This document shows positions 50,971-61,065 of a stretch of DNA of 64,000 nucleotides, in pieces. How positions within the stretch are numbered: the first letter of the stretch is position 1; every line of letters starts with the position of its first letter. Under the pieces are notes generated by a model. That model did not search any database and had not been told where the DNA came from. It was given only the letters and a program-made list of their open reading frames with translations. The position numbers and the translations under genes are program-made. This DNA comes from Octopus vulgaris (taxonomy: Eukaryota), in the NCBI GenBank assembly GCA_951406725.2, contig OX597823.1, forward strand, positions 68,200,001 through 68,264,000, read 5' to 3'.

Positions 50971-51989
50971 TACATTATGATAATAAATAATAATAATGAG
51001 TTGTTATTATTATTATTATCATTGTTATTATCATTCATTAGGAACTGATAATGATAATAATAAGTAAGAGAGTGTGCGAGTACAAGTGGTAATTACGTGT
51101 GCAGGAATTTGTGTTTGTTCTCATATTCATGTTTTGGGTATATAATTCAATACAAAAATCACAAAGAATCATCCACCAATGCAGAGCCAGAAACAAAAAC
51201 ATGCTATTCAACTTATTTAACATACCTTATAACCAGCAATTTTAGTGTTTCCTTTCTCTTTAAAGAGCATTCTTCGCTTTTGTAATGTCAACATACTCAT
51301 ATGTATTTATATATATTTAAATAAATCCTGGAAATTATTTTAATTTTGTTTCTCTATTCATATAACTTGTAAGGAAATGTGAAGCATTTATATATGCAGC
51401 ATCTTTCAAATGTAACTTTTACCAATTTCAAAAACATTTTTGTTTATTCTCAATATATTGTATCAGTCTGACAATGATTAGTCTCTCACAATGATTTTAT
51501 ATCAGCCTATAACAAGGAATAGTAATTCATTGTAATAGAGGGATTGGTTTTAAACACACACACACATACACTCTTCATGTGAAGTGGCATTTTCTCCATT
51601 CCACTGTGTTACATTCTAAATGATTTCTTTTCTGCACTATTGATCCTCTTTGGTTACCTTTAACTATAAGAAAGTATTACTTGTACCTCTTCTTCATTCA
51701 TCACTCAAGCAAAAATTTTCATTAAGTTGCTACTGAGATAATTTACTCTGTAAGCTTCTGCTTGTTCACTTGTACTCATCATAATACTCTTTTTTCCTCT
51801 TTCTTTTCTATTTTCTTTTTCAAATTTCTTCATATTTTTCATATTCATTCAATTTTCACAAATCACTTCACTGAATTCAATATTCAAAATTCTGTCAGAA
51901 TAATTTTTTTAATAGGAATTCTGTCATGGGGGTTATTGCTTATTTGAAAATATGTGTATGACCTCTTTTTACATTATTTTTTCCTACTA

Positions 51990-53050
51990 CTCTCATATAT
52001 ATTGCACACTTTCACAGGACTACTGTGTGCAGCAGTGGGACTTGAGTATATGTTGTATTTTGTTTAAAGTTTTGTATTTTTCTCTAATAAATGTACTCAG
52101 TGTATTATGTGTGCAGTATTTAGCAATGCTATTTTCTGTAGGTTGTACATATTTCTAAGCCAGACCTGGAAGTTTTAGTTATATATTTGCCTGCAAGGTT
52201 TTTTTTAAAACCATTATGAAGGCATTTACTAGTGTAGCTATTGCTTCTGTTTTCACTCGCCACACTCTAGTTATCTCTATTTTTAGAACTTTATAATGTA
52301 ACTTTCATTAAAAATACAAAATACATGGGCTACATTTTTGATGTCTTTCCATCTCATGAAACTTTCAACAAAAACTAAGCAATATATTTGTTTTGAATTG
52401 GTGACAATAGAGTTACTGTAGGGAAGTAATTGACTTCTTTTAGACTCACATATAATCTGATTGGATTCATTGCAAAGGTCAGTAACAGGTAAGACCACTA
52501 TTGGTATTGACGACATCTTCAGTGCATAGATAAAATCTGACAGTTGATTCCAACTTGACATTGTGCACATTGATTTAGTACAATCTTCAGCTATATGAAA
52601 CTTCAGACATTATGGGTGTGTGTGTAGTCATTCTGGGATAAAATTGGGCAGTCAAAGGCAATTAAGTAGTTTCTTCCCAACCTCTCCTTTATGAAGTTAC
52701 ATATATTCTGCTTCATTAGATACTCTTCATGGTTCCCAGAGGAAAGTTATTGTTCTTGAGCCTCAATCAAGACTCCTCAATTCCAGTAATTTTAGTCTTG
52801 CCCTTCCAAGCTGATGATATGCTTTTCTTTGTCCTTTTTCATCCTGTTCAATTTTTTTCTTTTTTCCTTTTCAGGTATCAGCCATGCTGTGAGTTTTCTT
52901 GCTATTATTTTAACATGGGATTCTGCAATCTCAGTTTTTTGTTTTATTTTCCCAGTTTCTCTTGTTCTCCTTCCTCACAACTGTCTGTCATTTCGGTCTG
53001 TCTATTGAATGCATTGGTTTCCTTGAAGACAAGACAATTTTTGCTTTGAG
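51990..53050 (-). mobile_element. R4/Dong LINE relic, ~1 kb, old
   Basis: Minus fragments in the expected order: QENSQHG*Y (cf. KPLHGQY), LIEAQEQ, DCPILSQNDYTHTHN, YKVLKIEITRVWRVKTE, MYNLQKIALLNTAHII. Confidence 0.75.
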
Positions 53051-53600
53051 TGTTCTACTGCTATTTGTATTAGTTGCCTGCTCTTTATTATATATTTTTG
53101 TGGTTCTATTATTATTCTTATTTAAAGACAATACTTTTTCTAGTTAAATTTATCCAGCAAATTTCAACCAGTTTAAAGATTAATTAATCCTCAGTTATAG
53201 GTTATAATGTGTTAAAGGTAGATTTCTAAACAGAATTCTCTTTGCAAATGTAATCAGTGGTTTTAATAGAAATACATGGTTATAAATTTTACTTTGATAT
53301 GAATATTTTACATTTATATTATATTTTAAATAACTTGATCCCAATAAAGACACATATTGACATTTAAAAATTGTAGTGTTCAATTTCTTTTTGATTAAAA
53401 CATATTCATTATTTTTTTGAGTTACGAAAAATACTCTTCTTTGCAACTGAACTTTAATAATTTTGGTTTTATTATTCATTGTTCTATAAAAAGATTAATG
53501 AAGATTATTAGCTATTTTTGATTAATCTTATCAATTAGCCAGATCTGCTTCTTCCTCCTTTTTCGTTTCAGAAAATATCTTAGTGTCACAGTTTAAAAAT

Positions 53601-53603
<3 letters not shown>

Positions 53604-53642
<39 letters not shown>

Positions 53643-53667
53643 TATTATTATTATTATTATTATTATT
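53604..53667. repeat. Inverted trinucleotide microsatellite (AAT)n-(ATT)n
   Basis: An (AAT) run switches directly to an (ATT) run, forming a palindrome. Confidence 0.95.
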
Positions 53668-54072
53668 AAAATTGAGGAGAAAACAAGGGAAAAGAGAAAG
53701 AAATCCCTGAATGCTCTTGCTTTAATTCTCCAATCAGAATTCTATATTAACATTTTAATACTGGTGATACCATTCCAAACCAAAAATTAAGTCAATATTT
53801 GAATCAGTAATGGTGAAAGTAAAAATTTTGCTGTATTTTGTAATTTTTATTTCATTGTATGTTCTGTGTGTAATTGTTATTTTTTAAATGTATGATTGTA
53901 TAAAGAAGAGATACAAAAAGAAATTTCTCAACGAATACTTATAAATACTGAATGAGTAGCAAACTAACAATATGCAACACTATGGGAATGAGGATTATGA
54001 GCAGAATAGTAGTGAATTTACAAAATACTATTGCTGTGTTTTAGCCATGGTTAGTTTTCAGTAAAAAGCATT

Positions 54073-54283
54073 CATCATCATCATCATCATCATAATTTAA
54101 CATCTGTTTTCTGTACAGGCATGGGTTGGATGGCTAGGCAGGATCCAGTGAGCCATAGAGCCATGTCAAATTTTAATGCCAGCTTTGGCATGGTTTCTAT
54201 GACTAGATTCTGCTCTTAACAACAATCATTTATGGTGTGTACTGCATGAAATTTTTTGGGCCGCTGATACTAGTAAGGTCACC
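54073..54283 (-). mobile_element. SINE family C 3' part
   Basis: (CAT)n...GGCATGGGTTGGATGG...GCTTTGGCATGGTTTCTATG...TACTAGTAAGGTCACCA. Confidence 0.75.
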
Positions 54284-54493
54284 AGAATAAATATAGCTTC
54301 CTGTTAATAATCATTTGAATTAAGGAAAATAAAATGTTATATGAACTGCATATTAAAAACTGAAACATAATTGCTGTTTTGACAGTAAATATATCAAATT
54401 CTGTTTCATCATTTCTTGATGCTAGCTTAATCACGAGAATGAAAATGAATTTTGTTGAAATTTTAGAAATCCCTTTTAAAAGTAGATTATATA

Positions 54494-54547
<54 letters not shown>

Positions 54548-57097
54548 TACACACACACACATCCATATGGATTTTAGTTTCACTGCAAAATTAAGTCCCA
54601 AATCCTTTTCTTTTATCAGGTAGACTAAATATGAGAATGAAATTAGTCTGAATACTCATTCATAAACCATACTGCTTTGGAATTCCAGTAAGTTTGTATA
54701 TAAATACGTTATATGCAGTGATATTTTTTTTTATTGTATTCTTTCTAAGTACATAAATGATAACAGAACTACTTAAAGAAACTGCTTTGGAGATTGTCAC
54801 AACTATAAGAAGAGTTTTAATGAGCAAAAATAAATACGAAGTAATAAACAGTAAAAGATATTTTGTTGAAAAATGTCTCATGCTAATTAAAAGATATTTT
54901 ATGTAAGAAAGTTTTCCTTTATTTCTGGTCTTACACAAGTTTATTTTATCTTGTCTGCGCTTCTTGGAAAATAAAAATAAAAATACATACACATAGAAAC
55001 AAAAACAGAAACAAATATCCCCAAACCAAACTGGTCAATGAACGGAATATACTGCTGGAAGATAACACGATAAAAATTTTCACAGAGAAAGAGAAATGAA
55101 AAATAAAGATTATCAAAATAATGCTATTCAGAAGTGTGGTAAATTTAAACACACTTAATGTGACACAATCATACATATATATAGCTTGTTGATCTATGTT
55201 TTTTAATGATATTTATTGGCTATGCCAAACAATTTGATATTAGTAAAGAATTTGAAATTAATTTAAATAAATTTTAGCTCTTTTAGTTTGCTTGCATGTT
55301 TTATTTTAATTTTGGATATATATATAAACTGATGGATGTAGCAGGGAGAGATAGAGAGAGTGCAAGAGAGAAAGAGAGTTTATCTATTGATTATTAAAAT
55401 TGATGAAGTCAATCTATCAATATTAGGAGTAGTCAAATTAATTAAAAGACCTGTGAAATTTTTGCTAAGGTGGTGCAATGCAAAGTAAATTACATTTTAA
55501 AATGTAGTCTCTCACATATAAAGACAAACTGTTATGTTCAATACTAACTAATAAATAAGTATACTTCATAAAAAAAATCATTAAAAAAAACATTAATAAA
55601 CTAGAAATTCATTTAACTGTTTTCATTAGAATGAATATGACAATTATTATGAATTACTGAAAATTTCATAAGATCAAGAGAAAAAATAATATACAAAAAG
55701 CAGAACTGATAACCAGTACTACATATATTAACGAAATATTAATAGTTGTAACAATTAGTATCAAAGGTGTCATTAATAGTAGATTATTACTAAGAATGTT
55801 AATAATTAGTTGCAGTTAAGTTACTGGAGTGGATGAAATGGTAAAAACCGAGAATCAATTAATTAGCCACATCATCAAAAATTGGGTTTTGAAATTTGCC
55901 TTTTGTGTTTCTTATGACCAAAAAAAAACAACAGACATTTTTCTACTATAATATGAAATAACTACAAATCAAAGCCTCCTTAGCAAATCAGTTAAATGAG
56001 ATAGTCTTTCGTGTTTTTGGAACTTGATAAAATTAGTATAAGTCATACCCTGGGGACAACTATGTCTCCTTGCCTACAAAACTTGTCATGAACCAAAATA
56101 AGAAATCAATAAATGCAAATTAAATTAGTTTAGTTTATTATCATCATTATAATGTTGCTGTTCATAGAATAACAGCAGTACTGAAAATAGCATTAACAAC
56201 TTCTTGTATTAGCACAAGGCCACAAGACTGTTCATGGTTGGTTTAGATAAAACTCATTATGTAACCTATGTTTTATTGTTTCTGGAGTGGAAATGCTAGG
56301 AAGATTGAATTTAAACTTAGAGTGTAAAGAACCGTGACTAAATGCAACAAACGATTAAATCTGAGAAGCTACTGTTTCTATCAATCTATATAGATTAACA
56401 TTAACCTACATAAAGGATAGTGGATAACACAAGTGTGAGAGTGTGTCAAGTAAAATACTTTGTCAAATTTAATGGTGTTCATCTGGATTCTGAGTTCAAA
56501 TAGGAGGCTGATAAAATAATTACCAACTAAGAATTGGAATTGTATTTCCCTACAAAATTCTATGCTTATATCAAAAATCGATAGCAACCTAAAATTTGTT
56601 TTCTTTATTTAATAGTCCATTCAAAATTTGTGTGCATAATGGCTCTGTAAGGTGTAAAATATATAATTTGTATAGTATGGAAAAATATTTTTCTACAGAA
56701 TATTAATTGTAAAAAAAAAAATATAGACATAAGTTAAAATAGCATGTATGACTTTCAAATAAAAGATATAAAGAATGATATATAATTCAACACCTACACA
56801 CACACGTATGCACAACAAAACAACTGTAGAAGATAAGCTTATTTGAATATAAACTTATTCAAGTAGTTTTTATCAGTTTTCAGAGGAAATATCAAACATT
56901 TTTGAGAACTATGACATATGCATGCATAAGTCTTCCCTCCAAAACACATTTTGATGGTTTTCCATATTTGCACTGACTATTAATAAATTAGATAGATAAG
57001 TTTTGAAAAATGTCATGATAATCAGTTGGAGCTGTTATTTGATCATTGTACTGGCTACATACAAAAATACAATGAAGATAATATGTAAGAATTGTAA

Positions 57098-57465
57098 AGA
57101 TTTTGGCGAAAGACTTATTTGTCTAAAGAAATATACATGTTATCAGGGAAAGATTTTAATTACCAGACAAAGACTAGTGTTACCAAAGAGAAATATATAT
57201 TACGAGAGAAAGACAAGCTACCAGATGAAAATATGTATTATTAGGGAAGGATATATTTCAGCAGAGGAAGACATATGTTACAAGAAAAATCCACACATTA
57301 CAGGAGAAGTTCATGTGTTACCAGAGAAGGACGTGTATTAGAAAGAAATGACAAGTGTTTCTAGAGTAAAGCATGTGTTACTAGTGGATGACATGTATTC
57401 ACAGAGACTCAAGCATGTTACCAGAAGAAGACAAGTATGATTAGAGAGAAAAGATGTTACAAGGA
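57098..57465. repeat. Diverged 20-bp minisatellite, ~18 units, consensus ~TGTTACCAGAGAAAGACATG
   Basis: Units such as TGTTATCAGGGAAAGATTTT / AATTACCAGACAAAGACTAG / TGTTACCAAAGAGAAATATA / TATTACGAGAGAAAGACAAG / TGTTACCAGAGAAGGACGTG / TGTTACTAGTGGATGACATG / TGTTACCAGAAGAAGACAAG. Confidence 0.85.
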
Positions 57466-57818
57466 ATGAAGCAAATTAAATTTGAGATAAACAGATGGGT
57501 GAGGTAAGAAAAATTTAATCACAACAACTACAATTGATTTATTGTTAAAGTGTGTTTTCTATCAAGAAATTTATTCTTATCTAAATATAATTCTTTATAG
57601 ACCATCTTTTTTTAATATTTTTAGTATATATATATATATATAATATATATAATATATATAGCATTATTATTTATGTTGTTATTATGATTATTATTATTAT
57701 TAATAATAATAATAATAATAATAATAATGATAATAAGAATAATAGTAGTAGTAGGAGTAGTAGTAGTAAATAGTGATTTCTGAAAAGGATATAGTAGATT
57801 ATATTAACCACCAAATAA

Positions 57819-58020
57819 GGTGGTGAGCTAGCAGAATTATTAGCTTAGTCATATTTTGTCTGTCTTCATGTTCTGAGTTCAAATTCTGCCAAGGTTGACT
57901 TGGCTTTTCATCCTTTTGGGGTCAATAAATTAAGTACAAGTGAAACACTGGGTTCAATGTAATCTACTAGTATCCTCTCACAAAATTTCAGGCCTTGTGC
58001 CTTTAGTAGATAGGATTATA
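57819..58020 (+). mobile_element. SINE family A, near full length
   Basis: GGTGGTGAGCTAGCAGAATTATTAGC (A-box region), GAGTTCAAATTC (B-box), GCTTTTCATCCTTTTGGGGTCAATAAATTAAGTAC core, AAATTTCAGGCCTTGTGCCT...GGATTAT tail. Confidence 0.9.
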
Positions 58021-58324
58021 TTAGCTACTAATGCCTGTTTGGGAGTTGATTTATAGGCTTGGAAGGATACGCAGCAAAGTTATCTCAGGTAGGCAGGATT
58101 TGAACTCAGAACACAGAGAGATGTAACTTCACGAATACTTTAAATGATGTGTGAAGTATTAAAATCTCACTTATTTCTCTAAAACGCTTGAACATCATTA
58201 AAATGATTGAAGTGCTTCAAAGTAGAAATTAAAATTGTCATATAAAAAAAACAAAAAAAATAAATTCAATTATATTAGTAATGGTAAATGATGAAGTGAT
58301 GATGGTATTGATGATGCAGATGAT

Positions 58325-58535
58325 AATGGCTTCAAATTTTGACACAAAGCCAGCAATTTTAGGGGAGGGGTAAGCCAATTACATCAACCCCAGTGTCAGA
58401 CTGCTACGTATTTTATTGACCCTAAAAGGATGAAAAGCAAAGATGACCTTGGCAGAATATAAGCACAGAATATAAAGACAGACAAAATGCAGCTAAACAT
58501 TTAGTATGGTATGCTACTTTGTTCACTCACTGCCT
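58325..58535 (-). mobile_element. SINE family A
   Basis: CACAAAGCCAGCAATTTTAGGGGAGGGG...TTTATTGACCCTAAAAGGATGAAAAGCAAAGATGACCTTGGCAGAAT...CTCACTGCC. Confidence 0.85.
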
Positions 58536-58552
58536 TAATAATAATAATTATA

Positions 58553-58838
58553 AGATGGAAAGAAAAAGTCTAGTAGAGTATTTACAGAGCAGCACAGAAA
58601 AACTTCTGAAGACAATAAAGAACAAGTGATGAAGTGCGTAGTAGGAGAAAAGGACAAGAATGAAATACAAAGAGAGCACGTCAGACAGATCGAAGAGAAA
58701 CTTCTGCATGGGCAATTTTGGAGAGTCACTGAAGATTTATGAGAAACAAAATCCTTGGTTAACAATGAGGAAATTAAAAAAAGAAACAGTGAGCCTAATT
58801 GTAGCAGTCCAAGATCAAGTGATAAAAACAAATATATA
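58553..58838 (+). mobile_element. R4/Dong LINE relic following (TAA)n
   Basis: ...EEKLLHGQFWRVTED / WLTMRKLKKETVSLIVAVQDQVIKTN (cf. K.LHGQF...WL..G.LK.ETE.LI.AAQDQAL.TN). Confidence 0.8.
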
Positions 58839-58859
58839 TGTGATAATAACAAATATATA

Positions 58860-59410
58860 CGAGGTCTGATCAATAAGTATACAGACTGTTGCTATAGTAA
58901 TGAAGCTAAAGCATGCAGTGTGAAGCCATTTGACACAGATTGACGTTGAACTCTGCTATGCATGCACACTAAATTTCAGTGTTCTAGCTCACTTCTGCAG
59001 TTTACAGCAGTGCTTGGAAGGAAGGTGTGTAGTATGTGATCTTTGTATTGACCATGACAGAGAAAGTTGTCATAGCGATACCTGTTCAGAGGCATACCAA
59101 AGTTTCAGAAAGTGTATGGAAAGAAGTGTATGAGCCACACACAAGTATAAAAGTGGTTCAGATGCTTCTGAGAAGGCCGAAAGAATGTCGATATTGATGA
59201 ACATTCTGGGAGGCCTACAACCAGCAGAACTGAGAAAAGCATCATAGCGGGGAAATCGTCAAAGCTGTGAGTTATTAGAGGATGTGCAGATTAGTTATGG
59301 TTCAGTTCAGTCCATTATCACAGAAGATTTGGTTATGAGATGCGTGTCTACCAAGATTGTGCCAAAATCGCTTTCAGTTGACCAAAAAGACACTCAAGTT
59401 TCAATTGCAC
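58860..59410 (+). mobile_element. Mariner element 5' part (TIR plus N-terminal HTH of transposase), pseudogenised
   Basis: TA|CGAGGTCTGATCAATAAGTAT TIR-like start. Translation FQKVYGKKCMSHTQV*KWFRCF*EGRKNVDIDEHSGRPTTS...ISYGSVQSIITEDLVMRCVSTKIVPKSLSVDQK (cf. mariner WF.RF..G...D..RSGRP and WVPHEL). Confidence 0.88.
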
Positions 59411-59645
59411 ATATGTATGTATGTATGCATGCATGCATGCATTATGTAATGTGTGTGTGTGTGTGTGTGTGTGGATCTTTACTGTTAATCTTTATATAGA
59501 TTGACAGGTGCAATGCATGAAAACTTGGCATTTGAGTCACTCTGTTGCCTCTGCTAAATAATAAAAATATGCATATACTCATATTTTGAGTTCTATTTCT
59601 CCTGTTTGCCTCAGCATATATAATATATATATATATATATATTAA

Positions 59646-60024
59646 GAGCACCATCCGAGTGTGATCATTGCCAGAGCGGCTAACTGGCATTTGTGCCGAT
59701 GGCACATGAAAATGACCATTTGAGAGTGATCGTTACCAGCGTTGCCTTACTGGCACTTGTGCTGGTGTGCAGGTGACACGTAAAATTTAAAAAAAAAAAC
59801 GATTTTTTTGTGGCAGTTGCCAGTACCGCCTGACTGGCCCTCGTGCCAGTGGCACGTAAAAGCACCCACTACACTCTCGGAGTGGTTGGCGTTAGGAAGA
59901 GCATCCAGCTGTAGAAACTCTGCCAGATCAAGATTGGAGCCTGGTGCAGCAATCTGGTTTGCCAGTCCTCAGTCAAATCGTCCAACCCATGCTAGCATGG
60001 AAAGCGAATGTTGAATGATGATGA

Positions 60025-60028
<4 letters not shown>
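59646..60028 (+). mobile_element. SINE family C, young copy with internal tandem units and RTE-like (ATG)n tail
   Basis: Three ~65-bp tandem units, then GTAAAAGCACCCACTACACTCTCGGAGTGGTTGGCGTTAGGAAGAGCATCCAGCTGTAGAAAC...CGTCCAACCCATGCTAGCATGGAAAGCG...(ATG)n. Many CpGs retained. Confidence 0.85.
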
Positions 60029-60068
<40 letters not shown>

Positions 60069-60096
60069 ATGTATATAGATATAGATATAGATATAT

Positions 60097-60464
60097 ATTC
60101 TTTTATTCTTTTATTTGTTTCAGTCATTTGACAGTGGCCATGCTGGAGTGCTGCATTTTAGTAAAAAAAAATCAACTCCAGGACTTATTCTTTGTAAAAC
60201 TGGTACTTATTCTATCAGTTTCTTTTGCCAAACTGCTAAGTTACAGGGATGTAAATACATGAACATCGGTTGTGAAGATACATGCCTAAATATACACATA
60301 TACATATATACAATGGGCTTTTCAGTTTCTTTCTACCAAATCCACTCACAAGGCTGACTCAAGACTATAGTAGAAGACACTTGCCTAAGTTGCCATGCAG
60401 TGGGACTAGACCCTGAGCCATGCGTTGGGAAGCAATCTTCTTACCATACAGCCACACTTGTGCC
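60097..60464 (-). mobile_element. SINE family B, near full length
   Basis: TTGTTTCAGTCATTTGACAGTGGCCATGCTGGAG...CTACCAAATCCACTCACAAGG...TATAGTAGAAGACACTTGCC...CTTACCATACAGCCAC. Confidence 0.88.
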
Positions 60465-60489
60465 TGCACCTATATATAAGAATGTTTGA

Positions 60490-60865
60490 GAAGGTGAATC
60501 ACAATGACCTTTTTGCATACACATTTTGTGACAGACTATGTCTTTCTTTTGCTGGGCTCAAATCTCATTTGCAAACCCATGGAAAACGAACCTAAACCAG
60601 CTATACTACCTATATGTGTGCACACCTTTCAATGCAATGTATGCCAGAAGGTTTTCAAATCTAACGGAGCCTCAAAAGACATTTTAAGATCCACAAAAAT
60701 CACAACTTATCTGCAGCTCTTGGTGGTCCAAATTGGATATGCAATCTATGTGTGTGTCTTTTCAAAATGTTGTCGGTTTTAAAAAGCCACATCAGATGCC
60801 AGGCTGGTTCTAAGATGTAGGTACAGGAGGAAGTCAAACTCTGCATGAGGAGTACCTCCCATAAA
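60490..60865 (+). pseudogene. Frameshifted relic with three C2H2 zinc fingers, probably an RTE-type LINE C-terminus
   Basis: YTFCDRLCLSFAGLKSHLQTH; FQCNVCQKVFKSNG/LKRHFKIH (frameshift); WICNLCVCLFKMLSVLKSHIRCQ. No TGEKP linkers. Ends at a microsatellite. Confidence 0.7.
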
Positions 60866-60939
60866 TATACAGACACACATCTCTCTCTCTCTCTGTATCT
60901 ATCTATCTATCTATCTATATATATATATATATATAGTCA

Positions 60940-61065
60940 TGTTTTTCAGTTTTGCCAACCAAATCCACTCGCAATTCTTTAGTTGGCCCAGGGATATTAT
61001 AGAAGACATTTGCTTCCAGATGTCACACAGTAGAACTGAACCCAAAATCACATGGTTAGTAAGTA
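60940..61065 (-). mobile_element. SINE family B 5' part
   Basis: TTTCAGTTTTGCCAACCAAATCCACTCGC...TATAGAAGACATTTGC...ACTGAACCCAAAATCACATGGTT. Confidence 0.75.

Noticed and set aside
57098-57465. CRISPR-like array
   Set aside because: The units are contiguous 20-mers with no unique spacers, there are no cas genes, and the DNA is eukaryotic.
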